Below the pieces are notes generated by a model. It was not told the origin of the DNA. It did not search any database and worked only from the letters and a program-made list of their open reading frames with translations. A DNA stretch of 63,963 bases, the filler included, from Octopus bimaculoides (taxonomy: Eukaryota), in the NCBI RefSeq assembly GCF_001194135.2. It is 6 parts of 6 records of this genome, joined end to end, with 100 filler letters (N's around TTAATTAATTAA, not from the genome) between each part and the next. Parts side by side here need not be neighbours in the genome. Positions count along the whole stretch, not along the records: positions 1 to 21,476 come from NC_068982.1; positions 21,577 to 31,346 come from NC_068987.1; 4 more parts are not named here. One strand, given 5' to 3'. Both the position numbers and the translations under genes were made by a program. How positions within the stretch are numbered: position 1 is the stretch's first letter; each line of letters opens with the position of its first letter. Shown one piece after another: positions 12,140 to 23,312 of this stretch.

Positions 12140-12620
12140 GCTTCTACGCGGTCATTTGTCCGCTAGAAATAACAGTAGTCAACACACTATTATCTAAAGT
12201 AAAGAAAGATACATTAGATATTGTCGTCCTTTTTGGTAGTCTTTCGAGTTCGAGAAAACCGATTCAGCAATTTCTTGCTAAACAACCTGCACAGTTGATT
12301 TGTTTATAGAGATCAAATGTTTGTGCTGTGCATGACTTCACTCCCTCTATCAAATCGACATTGCCTGTACAGGTGCACTATGTGTCACAAGCCAGTTATG
12401 GGAGTGATCGCAGATCAACGGGAAATGAAGAGTTTTGCCTAAGAACACAACGCACCGCCCAGTCCGGAGAATCGAAACAACGATCTTACGGTTGTGAGTG
12501 CAACATCCTAATCACTAGGCCACATAGCCTCGTATTTAGTCCTATAGAATCGTAAAAGACAGTCACACTTGGAATACCTTAGAGACCATGGGTTTTCTCA
12601 GTCAGGAACTAAATAAGAGC
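12140..12620 (+). repeat. Family D repeat split by a SINE insertion
   Basis: The D 5' motifs lie at about 12140-12250 and the D 3' motifs at about 12545-12620, either side of the SINE at 12265-12535. Confidence 0.45.
12265..12535 (-). mobile_element. tRNA-derived SINE, family G (CORE/V-like central motif)
   Basis: The minus-strand head reads TGGCCTAGTGATTAGGATGTTGCACTCACAACCGTAAGATCGTTGTTTCGATTCTCC and is followed by GCGTTGTGTTCTTAGGCAAAA. A related copy lies near 60170-60390. Confidence 0.7.
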
Positions 12621-13199
12621 AACACATAAGAATATATTATATTAAAGAAACTACTGTCAGTATCTGGGCCTTTAAGAAGGATACATCGTGCCCGAACTTA
12701 TGAATTTCGTGGTAACTCAGAAACTGCTTGTATATATGGAAGAATAGCATTCATAACAAGAAAGGAGAATGGACAGAAATGTTGTACTCTGCTGATAAAA
12801 TTATATCAAAACCTCTTGTCGCTCGTTCAACAACTTTGCACGATACTGTACATTATCGTTCCTGATTATAAACTCATTTTATAGCAATTTATCTTACAAA
12901 GTGCAGCAATTGAATATATATAGTCCCAGAGATTGAAATAAAGAAACTTGACCAAGAAAACCTTAAATATATTGCGAGATGATGTCACAATAAGAAGAAG
13001 GAAAAAAGACTATAATTTCTATTGAAAATCTGTAGAGATAACCTTAATAACTGGTGTAAGAGCGCTGCTAACACAGTAGAACATTGTATTGACTTATGAA
13101 AAAGTTGAATATATTTTGCAGTATATCATGGTTGCATAACGAAGTACCATGTCTCTACAAGTCCTTAATCTTTACAAGATACAATCAATAGTAATCATT

Positions 13200-13390
13200 A
13201 AGTAAGTTCGTTCGACCTGCAAGAAATAACAGTCAGATATCTCTCAAATTAAATATTGTCTTTAAAAAGAGAGGACGCATTAGATAATGGAATCCTAAAT
13301 GCTTCTAGAAAGGGTGTGTGGTCACGGCTGGAATACATTTTCTGTCTTTGTTGTGTCTACAGAGTCATGATCAAAAGATTGGTGGAGCTA
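13200..13390 (+). repeat. Family D repeat
   Basis: Contains TTCGACCTGCAAGAAATAACAG ... GGTCACGGCTGGAATAC. Confidence 0.5.
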
Positions 13391-13585
13391 CGTGAATCCT
13401 CATTTCTTGGCTTCTTCGAGAGAGAGAGAGAGTGTGGGAGAAATCGATTTCAATATTTGACTGAAACTTTATTTATTAGTTCAGAGTTGATGAAAAGCAA
13501 AATTAGTATCAGCGGAATTTGAGAGAAAACAAGAAAAAAAAAAAAACACTGGCAAATCTGCCTATGTGGCACCTTAGAAGACCTT

Positions 13586-14545
13586 TGTAAGGACCGCGCG
13601 ATGCCAGGTGACGAGAATGGCTCTTTAGTACATTACACGGTCGATACAATAAATATATAACTGAAGAGTACATATAAGTGCCAGAGAGAAAATGGAGACA
13701 CAACCGCATGAGAATGATTAAAAGAAGATTTATTGATGTCAACGTGTGTGTCTGTGTATGCGTCATGTATATAGAATAATAGACAGGCTGTCATGAGAAC
13801 AAAGTGTATGTTTGTGCGTAAGCATAGATGTATGCGCCTGTGTTAAGTGCATATAAGAATGGCAATGAAGAAGGAGAGAGTGAAAGAGTTGATAACCATC
13901 GAAGTGAGAAGAATGTTCATAGACACGAGGATGAGAATACAAATTCGTAGTCAATTGTACACGGCAGTTGAAATACTGCATCAAGAAGTTGCGGCCATGA
14001 TGCTGAACCGGTTGCAGGTACATGGCGTACGTGAAGTCGTGGCTGTGATGCTGTTGCCTGGCTCACTTGGTACAGGAATTCTTGCAGGTTTTATATTCGT
14101 TGTTGATCCACGGTGAAGTAATTCACAAACAGAGAAGTGTTGGAACCTGGGCGAGTCGCTTGTTGAGCTGTGTACGTAGAGAGATGATGTTGACGACGTT
14201 GAAAACATGGCGGTGGCAACGAAGAAGGAGACTGCCGTAACGCTGTTGGACGAAGTTGGTAAGTCTCAACGTAGCTGCTGTAGTGTCGTCGCTGGAACTG
14301 GCTGTGTCTTGTGTGGTCAGTGGCTAGACCTGAAAAGGTCTGGAACCGAAAGACTTCGAAAGGATGAGAAGGTGAGATTTTATAAGGAACAGTAGGTTCA
14401 AACGGGTTTATGAACGGGTTGTTCCACGTGATCTTAGTTATACGCAGCAGTTGGCGCAATCGAGTAAAAGACAAATTGTGATCCAAATAGCGGCCAAAGG
14501 CTAGCTGTTGCCTGCTACATTCGAATGCACGTATGTTTAAAAAAG
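13586..14545 (-). mobile_element. Solo-LTR-like element, copy 3
   Basis: The left end is TGTAAGGACCGCGCGA, and it is colinear with copies 1 and 2. The minus strand has a TATA-like motif near 14380 and AATAAA near 13730. The right end is uncertain (14520-14565). Confidence 0.65.
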
Positions 14546-14712
14546 GAGATACGTATATATAATAAAGGAGATTGAGGAATTTCACTCGAATGTACGCTAC
14601 ACCTTCGATCAAAGTATTGCCCTGGGAATAAACTTCCGGTCAGTATTGCCCTGGGAATAAACAGCAACAACGGTTGTGGAAAAAAATTCACGGTAAATTT
14701 TGTACCTGCAAT

Positions 14713-14924
14713 TCTTTCTAATTTTGGCACAAAGCCAGCAATTTTTGTGGGGGAAGAGGTAAGTCAATTACATTGACCCAGGACTCAACTGCTTCTTAAT
14801 TTATCCAACCTGGAAAAGTGAAGTCAACCTCAGCAGAATTTTAACTCAAAACGTAACGAGCCGGAAGAAATACCGCTAAACATTTTGTCCGACACGCTAA
14901 CGATTCTGCCGACTCGCCGCCATA
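14713..14924 (-). mobile_element. SINE family A, tail type 2
   Basis: It is the reverse complement of the family A head, core and tail. Confidence 0.85.
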
Positions 14925-14967
14925 AATTTCGACCCCATCATAATGATAGCCAATATTCTGTGCATAT

Positions 14968-15185
14968 TAAGGCGGCGAGCTGGTAGCATCGTCAGTACAC
15001 TGGGCAAAAAATGCTAAGCGGCATTTCGTCCGTCCTCACGTTCTGAGTTCAAATTCCGGCGAGGTCGACTTTGTCTTTCATTCTCGTGAGGTCGATAAAT
15101 TAAGTACTAGTTGAGAACTGCGGTTAATGTAATCTACTTAACCCCTTCCCTGAAACTGCTGGCATTGTGCCAAAATTTGAAACCA
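14968..15185 (+). mobile_element. SINE family A, full length with tail type 2
   Basis: GGCGGCGAGCTGGTAGCATCG...GAGTTCAAATTCCGGC GAGGTCGACTTTG...GTGCCAAAATTTGAAACC. Confidence 0.9.
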
Positions 15186-15414
15186 ACATTCACACATATT
15201 CCTTGTCTGTAGCTATTTGAAAATTCTTTCTTGATCTCATTTGTTTTACAAAAATATAATTATTTATTCAATGATTCAGAAAATATTTGTTCCGCCTAAA
15301 ATACTTTTATTTTATTTTTACAACTTTGCACAACTGAACAATAGTGTGCCATTACTCTTTGACTAGCAAATAGAGCGCTGTATGTTAGCGAGCTGTATGC
15401 AAACAGTACTGTAT

Positions 15415-15880
15415 GTAAGACAGCGAACTGGCAAAATTGTTAGTACTCTAGGCCAGGGGTTTTCAAACTTTTTGACTTGCGGACCCCTTTATATTTCAGG
15501 CTTTACCTTAGGGACCCCCTTATAAACGCTTATGAAATTTATACATAAATATTTGCTTAAAATCACATATATTTTTACATTTATTTATTTAACAGTATTT
15601 AACAAATAGGTTTATTGTCAATTAAAAGATTTCGATTAAAAAACATACATAAAATCAAATTGCCCATAAAAAGTATTTGCTGTCTTGTCCTTGCGGACTC
15701 CCTGTGGTCCGCGGACCACAGTTTGAAAACCCCTGCTCTAAGCAAAATGATAAGCAGCATTTGATCCGTCTTTACGTCTTGAGTTAAAATTCCACCGAGG
15801 TTGACAATGCTTTTCATCCTTTCTGGGTCGATAAAATAAATACCAGTTGAGATGTAATCGACTTATCCACTCCCATGTAA
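15415..15880 (+). mobile_element. SINE family A interrupted by a MITE
   Basis: The head CAGCGAACTGGCAAAATTGTTAGTAC precedes 15454, and the element resumes with AAAATGATAAGCAGCATTTG after 15735. Confidence 0.8.
15454..15735. mobile_element. hAT (Charlie-like) non-autonomous MITE, 282 bp
   Basis: It has perfect 16-bp TIRs CAGGGGTTTTCAAACT / AGTTTGAAAACCCCTG and an 8-bp TSD CTCTAGGC (15446-15453) / CTCTAAGC (15736-15743), matching at 7 of 8 positions. Confidence 0.92.
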
Positions 15881-16543
15881 CTGCAGGCTCTGAGAGTGAA
15901 CCACAAACTGAATCAGTTTTAAACTAAAATGAACGCTCGGAGCCTGTATTAAACCAATCCTGTTTTAAAACAAAAAAAAATTGTACTTAAAAGCTTTTGT
16001 AGCAAAAGTTTGCTTTGGTTCCAATCGATAAAGTTACCAATAACGCTGATGTTGGGCATAATAAAAATTATATAGAGACACTGCAAATAGAGATAAATAT
16101 ATTAGAGAACATTGACAATAATTACATGTAAAAGCGTAGGGGGCGGATATAAAACTGATATAATCAAAGAGAATATAAACTACATTCGCTAGATTAGATA
16201 TATAATCAAACAGAAAGCAAATGAATTGTCTGCAATGTAACTAGCTATAGGAGAGACAGTGGTTTTTGAAACGAAACAATGAAATACAAACAGGTGCCTC
16301 GGACTGCACCTAATGTATTTGAATGGGCCCTCCCATCAAATAAAAAGTAAAGTATACGTTTACAGCATTTCAGGATATATAATGTTGAACCGGTCTTTAC
16401 AGCTTTCAAATAAAAATGTACAAATGAAAGAAAACCAGAAATATACTATGTACTCTGAAATATTTCTCAATAAAATTTGATAAATTGAACCAACAATGGG
16501 GATTTTGAATTTAAATGTGTATGTATGTATGTATGTATGTTTG

Positions 16544-16728
16544 TATTCTTTGGGGGAATATCCCGAAGCACACACATGAAGCTACGAATGATAGCTTGTA
16601 AATATTGGGTTGAAAACCCCTTTTGGAGAGGAAAGGTCGAAGGCAGTCCGTGGGACACGAACCCAATATTTACATGCTATTGGTTATAGCTTTATGAGTG
16701 TGCTTCGAGATATTCCAGAGAAGAATTA
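16544..16728. repeat. Foldback element with about 68-bp imperfect inverted arms
   Basis: Arms 16544-16611 and 16660-16728 are reverse complements (for example GTAAATATTGGGTT / AACCCAATATTTAC). The central part recurs at 35344-35408. Confidence 0.75.
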
Positions 16729-16782
16729 CTCCATGTTCTCTCGAAGGCTTGTGACGTCACACACACACACACACCCTCTCTT

Positions 16783-16825
<43 letters not shown>

Positions 16826-17091
16826 NNNNNNNNNNNNNNNNNNNNNNNNNNNNNNNNNNNNNNNNNNNNNNNNNNNNNNNNNNNNNNNNNNNNNNNNNNN
16901 NNNNNNNNNNNNNNNNNNNNNNNNNNNNNNNNNNNNNNNNNNNNNNNNNNNNNNNNNNNNNNNNNNNNNNNNNNNNNNNNNNNNNNNNNNNNNNNNNNNN
17001 NNNNNNNNNNNNNNNNNNNNNNNNNNNNNNNNNNNNNNNNNNNNNNNNNNNNNNNNNNNNNNNNNNNNNNNNNNNNNNNNNNNNNNNNNNN

Positions 17092-17133
<42 letters not shown>

Positions 17134-17489
17134 TACATGCATACATATATTTTCTTGGTGAAGACCTGTTTATGTATGTATGTATGTATGTGCTAGCAGA
17201 ACACCAGGCATTCCCCAGGATAAAAACTCGTAACTATAGATGACCCGAAGTTGTTCTTAATGAAGGTAAATCTGGTTTAATAAAGCATTATTTGATTTCA
17301 CTTGATCAGTTAATTTTCATGTAAAGAAATTAAATAGTTTAAAGCAGCACAGTTTGTAATAAGTGTTGTTTTATCGATACATGCTTAATATAAACAGTAT
17401 ATTTCATAATTTAATTGTGTTAATTACATATATCAAATTTGAACGTATGAAATACAAATACAAGGTTAAAAACATTTGAAATTATTACA

Positions 17490-18600
17490 GTGTAATGCGT
17501 CATAGGATCGATGTTTCATCTATAATTTTGGAAGTGCCCTCTTTGTACTTCAGAATGATGTCTCTTTTGTAACATGGCTCTCCACTCATGAATGATAGCT
17601 ACCTCATTTTGCATTCAGGTGCATTAAATGACGTGCATATTCTCCAGAAAGTCTCCTCTCTTCTGTTAATGACAATTTAAAACTCCAAAAATGGATGCAG
17701 ACGCCAAGGCATGCATAAAACTTCTGAAACTGCTGTGCTTTGCATAGACCAAATCTTGAAGTTTAAGAATTAAGTCAAACTTTGTACCCGGGGTGATGGT
17801 GTTTTAAATTTTGAACCTGTCTCTTTAAGTCATTATCAAACGTACAGTTGCAGGTGTCAGGGATTTTCTTTGGGGATGGGCCACTTGTTTTAAAATGCTA
17901 GCATGTACTTATGTTGCCCTTGTACTTAAAATGTTGGCATGAATACCCCTTCTCGGATCATGTTGGCTTCAAACGAAGACATTTGAAAAGCAGAGTTATA
18001 TTTTCTTACGCTCCTCAAAAAGTACATGGATTTCTCGGTAGCAGCAGTAAGAAGCTCTTTTAGGGGCTCTGGAAGATTAGAAATCAGCAAGGACATTGCA
18101 TGTGTCCCTTGTTCCCATTTATTGACAAAGAACTTTCTACAAATTTTGGATATAGTATCAATTGAAACTATTTTTCAGAAGCATAATAATGTCGAGGTCC
18201 ATAGTTGAAGGGACATCTTTTCCAGAGCTCATGTAAGTATGAGCAAGATTTAATTTCTGATTCTTTTGCTCTTTGAGTTTCCTACCTGCACTGGTGCTGT
18301 TTTAGGTGTTTCAAAGTGTCTTTGCGCAGCCTGCCTAGTAGCATACTGTTGAAGGCAAACCTATCGTTCGTTAGGCATCTCTAGTTGTCTAAGGATAGCT
18401 TGTCTCATAGCATTCTGCTTAAGGCGAGTGTCACTTGGACGATTGGCTTGAAGTTTTCTGAGAGCTGCCTTCCTGACAGCGTTGGCTTAAAGTTTTTGTT
18501 GATGCTGTTCATTTGTTTCTGCTGCCCTAAGAGCATACCTGTATTTAGTTGTAGAAGATGTAGGTGAGGCAAACCTTTTCTGTGGTCATATTTCATAGAA
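17490..18600 (-). pseudogene. Helitron Rep/helicase N-terminal region relic
   Basis: The minus strand gives LPEPLKELL...YFLRSVRKYNSAFQMSSFEA...GVFMPTF*VQGQ, which matches the Helitron motif IRKYNSxFQMTSFG...PTFKVQGQVYH. LQDLVYAKH and RDIILK-like segments follow. Confidence 0.8.
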
Positions 18601-19792
18601 GCAAATTATCAAAGAAGCAATTGTAAACAAGTGTCCGTACCTGTTATGCCTGGAATGAAAGAAGCTTTATGATAAAAGAACAACCAAGTAGCTACATGAA
18701 CCATTGACGTTGTAGGATGAAATTACCATTGATTGGTGCTGATCTGTGGCTTATATAAGGTTAAAGAGAAGTTGTGAAATGTGGTTTCAAGAAATGTAAG
18801 ACGTAAAGGATTTGAGTGACAGAATGCAGATAATGTAGATATCGTCTTTTTGTGGCATATTTTAAAAATAACTTTTTATGTCAAACCTCTGAAGACACTG
18901 ACAAAATTTTATGGAGAAGAATTTGTGGAAGTAAACTCGGATCTTTTTTAAAACGGGGGCCACATTTTTCATTAATGTTTTACGTAGTGTTTTTGGTACC
19001 GAAAGACTTTCAAACTTCGTATACTTATCTATTTTGTGTTATAGAACAGAAAAATATTTTTGTATTCGAATTTATTTCATGTAAAAAATTGTCTTATTTC
19101 GATAATTTCAACCAATCACTGACAAGTATTCAGTTGTTTACATTTACTCCTTTGGCTGATTAAGCGATGTAAAGCGTATTTAATCTCCATACCTTCGTTT
19201 TATTTGCTTTTTTCATTTTAAATTTGCTTTAACNNNNNNNNNNNNNNNNNNNNNNNNNNNNNNNNNNNNNNNNNNNNNNNNNNNNNNNNNNNNNNNNNNN
19301 NNNNNNNNNNNNNNNNNNNNNNNNNNNNNNNNNNNNNNNNNNNNNNNNNNNNNNNNNNNNNNNNNNNNNNNNNNNNNNNNNNNNNNNNNNNNNNNNNNNN
19401 NNNNNNNNNNNNNNNNNNNNNNNNNNNNNNNNNNNNNNNNNNNNNNNNNNNNNNNNNNNNNNNNNNNNNNNNNNNNNNNNNNNNNNNNNNNNNNNNNNNN
19501 NNNNNNNNNNNNNNNNNNNNNNNNNNNNNNNNNNNNNNNNNNNNNNNNNNNNNNNNNNNNNNNNNNNNNNNNNNNNNNNNNNNNNNNNNNNNNNNNNNNN
19601 NNNNNNNNNNNNNNNNNNNNNNNNNNNNNNNNNNNNNNNNNNNNNNNNNNNNNNNNNNNNNNNNNNNNNNNNNNNNNNNNNNNNNNNNNNNNNNNNNNNN
19701 NNNNNNNNNNNNNNNNNNNNNNNNNNNNNNNNNNNNNNNNNNNNNNNNNNNNNNNNNNNNNNNNNNNNNNNNNNNNNNNNNNNNNNNNNNNN

Positions 19793-20063
19793 ACCCTTAA
19801 CGTAGTTCTCGGGGATATTCAGCGTGACACAGTGTGACAAGGCTGACCCTTTGAATTACAGGTACGACAGAAACAGGAAGAAAGAGTGAGAGAAAGTTGT
19901 GGTGGAAGAGTACAGTAGGGTTCGCCACCATCCCCTACTGGAGTCTCGTGGAGCTTTAGGTGTTTTCGCTCAATAAACACTCACAACGCCCGGTCTGGGA
20001 ATCGAAACCGCGATCCTATGACCGCGAGTCCGCTGCCCTAACCACTGGGCCATTGCGCCTCCA
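19793..20063 (-). mobile_element. tRNA-derived SINE, family C, 3' end lost in gap
   Basis: The head reads TGGAGGCGCAATGGCCCAGTGGTTAGGGCAGCGGACTCGCGGTCATAGGATCGCGGTTTCGATTCCC. It is highly similar to 36985-37338 and 53991-54341. Confidence 0.9.
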
Positions 20064-21075
20064 TTCTTGTGCTTTAGACGCTGGCAAATATGAGGAGCTG
20101 TAAGTGTTGAGAGGGGAGGAAGAGAGAAAGAGGGAGGGAGAAAGAGAGACAGGAAGAGAGAGGTAAACAGAGAGAGAGAGAAACACATAGCCAGACAGAT
20201 AAAAAGAGAGCGTTCGTAACACGTAGCAGTCACTGACGAAAACGAAGGAATAAGAGAGGGTTAAAGGGAAAACTAAAAAAATGAGAAACATATTGAGAGA
20301 GAGAGGGGGAGAGGGAGCATATAATAAAAGAAAGAGAATGAGGAATAGGAGAAGTAAAACATAGATCTGAAGGAGGTAACGACAGAGGAACAAACGATTG
20401 TTACATAAAAATGAAAGAATGGGAGGACAATCAGACACACAAAAACTCTTAAAGATATGTTTTAGATATATACTTACCATAATTTCTTTGGTTCAAACCG
20501 GGAGGCCCTTCATATTATACATCTCAAACTGGAATCATCTGCAAATTATAGATATCATGCATATTAATGACTGCACGAAAAACTTTTATAACCCAATTTT
20601 CCGCGTGTGCAATATGCGTCTTTCTGTCTCCAATAACGAGATTCTAAACTTGAAACATTTGGAGAATTAAAGTATTCTTAGGCACCTATTAATTATTTAT
20701 TTAAAAAATATGGTAGGAAATTCATAAACTTTTACTAACGATATAGCACATTCTGAATTCCAGAAATAAATAATTTTTAACCCAGAGATAAGCAAAATGT
20801 CTTTAACCTACAATACTGACCTACTTATGAGTTTGGGAGTGTTTATTATGACGTAGGCTCATCACACAGCTGCTGGACATAACAGCTGCTGGTCTGGCAA
20901 AGACAAATAGCATCAGACTTCTGTCTGAGCTATGACATGAGTATGTTCGTTAATTTGAATCTGGGTTGAGCGCTGCAGGGATTGGATTCCTTGCCTATTT
21001 CAACCCTTTAATTTTTCCTTCTTAGAATTTTAGCCTTTGATCCATAACATATGGTAAGCACGCACACACATACAA

Positions 21076-21108
<33 letters not shown>

Positions 21109-21180
21109 TTAACGTCCGTTTTCCATGCTGGCATAGGTTAGACGGTTTGACTGGAACTGGGGAGCTGCACAATGACTCTT
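21076..21180 (-). repeat. (CAT)n tract plus probable 3' end of a retroposon
   Basis: The minus strand reads CCAGCATGGAAAACGGACGTTAAA followed by (TGA)n, which looks like a retroposon tail. Only one copy is present in the window. Confidence 0.4.
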
Positions 21181-21576
21181 TAGTAGAAAGTGGGTTATAC
21201 ATCTTTAGATTGTATACCTGACTTTCTACTATAATATTAAAGAAATTGACGGAACGCTGAACTCCAGACTAAACAACATTTATTTAGGTGATAAACATAC
21301 ATATCTTTAGTTATACATCTTTAGAGGTGAGAATAACGAGCTGTCGAGTATAAGACCGAAAGATGTAGGGACAGCTTTAAACACACGTCCATGCTCAATC
21401 GCTGGCCAGCGAGAAAGAGAATGAATTGAGCGGGAAACGCTTGCTTGTTTAATTCTACGCATGCGTAAGACTACGTNNNNNNNNNNNNNNNNNNNNNNNN
21501 NNNNNNNNNNNNNNNNNNNNTTAATTAATTAANNNNNNNNNNNNNNNNNNNNNNNNNNNNNNNNNNNNNNNNNNNN

Positions 21577-21625
<49 letters not shown>

Positions 21626-21924
21626 AAATTATATATAAACATATATAGACTAAGTACAAGCAAATAAATACTTGACATTCGTGAGAGGATTATTTATCTT
21701 CGTTTTATCAATACGTATATATATATATATTGTTTACTGAAGTGTCACAGTTGTTAGATAAACGTGTACGTGTGTCTGTGCGCACGTACGTATGTATGTA
21801 TGTATGTGGGAAAGTATTGCGAGATATATGAAAAGATACGTCGTTGAGTGACCGAGTGCAGTGTGTGATGTAATGTGTTAAATTTAGTATATGACGCAAT
21901 CTACTATAATTATTACTACTGGGG

Positions 21925-22590
21925 AGACGTCTTTTACATGGTTCAATCATTTTGACTACGGCCATGCTGGGGCACCACCTTGAAGGGTTTTATTCGCATA
22001 AAATCAGCTTCGGTACTTAGTGTTTTTTTTCTTTTTTGTTGTAAAAAAGTACTTATTTTATCCGATCTCTCTTTTTTTTGCCGAAGAACTAATGTTACCG
22101 CGACGTAAACAAACCAACAGCAATTGTCAGGTGGTTGGGGTGTGGTGGTGGTGGTCAAACACGACACAGACACAAAGACATACACATACATGGATACACA
22201 CACATACAAACATACATACACATCCACATGTATGTATGTGTATACATGCGACGAAGGTAATTGGACAACTCGAAGATAATTGGACCTGAGGATACAAAAC
22301 GGTTTTTGTATGTGTGAAGAGTTATGTAAAACATAAACGGTAGCTTTGAAACATATGTAGTCTTTATTTACCTTTTCCATTCCTTGCATTTCTTGATATG
22401 TACATATGTTTGTATATGTGTCTGTATATTCGACGGGCTTCTTTTACTTTCCGTCTGCCAAATACATTCACGAAGTTTGGTTGGCCCGGGGCTACAGTAG
22501 AAGACACTTGCCCAAGGTGCTACGCAGTGAGACTGAACTTGAAAGCTTGTTATTGGAAAGCAAACTTCTCATAACAGCCACGCTTATTCA
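21925..22590 (-). mobile_element. SINE family B, diverged, with expanded internal simple repeats
   Basis: The tail TCATTTTGACTACGGCCATGCTGG and the head region CGACGGGCTTC...AGTAGAAGACACTTGCCCAAGG match 36570-36948. Confidence 0.7.
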
Positions 22591-22599
22591 CAATTCAAT

Positions 22600-22715
22600 T
22601 TAGGTAATGTAGTCCTTGATATTCCTAAAACAACAGGTGGTCACGGCTGGAATGTCTTTGACCATAAAACTAACCAATCAAGGATAACCTGGGATTAAAT
22701 AAAACAACAACAGCA
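22600..22715 (+). repeat. Family D repeat, 3' part
   Basis: GGTGGTCACGGCTGGAATGTCTTTGACCAT...AACAACAAC. Confidence 0.5.
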
Positions 22716-22924
22716 ATAACAAATTTACTATTTTTATACACCCGTTCGCTTGTGCTTATCTATAACGTTAATACGCTTTCAAATTGTGGTGTTTCATTAT
22801 TCAAATGTCACTGGGGAACCGGTTTCGATTCTTATATTGTAGCTAAACCTTTCGGCTTTTCATTATTATATCTCGTCTTCAAATTTCACCTTTCATCATT
22901 TCAGGGTTAATTAAATAAGTACCC

Positions 22925-23158
22925 TATTTCTTTATTGCCCATAAGGGGCTAAACATAGAGAGGACAAACAAGGACGGACAAAGGGATTAAGTCGATTACA
23001 TCGACCCCAGTGCGTAACTGGTACTTAATTTATCGACCTCGAAAGGATGAAAAGCAAAGTCGACCTCGGCGGAATTTAAACTCAGAACGTAAAGACAGAC
23101 GAAATACCGCCAAGCATTTCGCCCGACGTGCTAACGAATCTGCCAGCTCGCCTCCTTA
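22925..23158 (-). mobile_element. SINE family A, full length with tail type 1
   Basis: It is nearly colinear with 2423-2642 and 49881-50115. Confidence 0.9.
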
Positions 23159-23239
23159 TTGCGGACCAAATTTCTATTAAGCTACAGATATTTTATAGAA
23201 CAGTGGACCTCGAAGCACATAAAACTATAAATTTTAGGT

Positions 23240-23312
23240 GAAGTGGGTAAGTCGATTACATCGACTCCAGTGCGTACCTGGTACTTATTTTATCGACCCT
23301 GAAAGGATGATA
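23240..23312 (-). mobile_element. SINE family A, 3' fragment
   Basis: GTAAGTCGATTACATCGACTCCAGTGCGTACCTGGTACTTATTTTATCGACCCTGAAAGGATGA. Confidence 0.75.

Noticed and set aside
19970-20063. tRNA-like sequences (SINE heads of families A, B, C and G) as tRNA genes
   Set aside because: They lack a complete cloverleaf and continue into SINE bodies present in multiple copies.
21477-21576. TTAATTAATTAA islands inside gaps, also at 31391, 37485, 56722 and 61985
   Set aside because: Each is exactly N44-TTAATTAATTAA-N44 (100 bp). This is a synthetic scaffolding spacer with stops in all frames, not biology.
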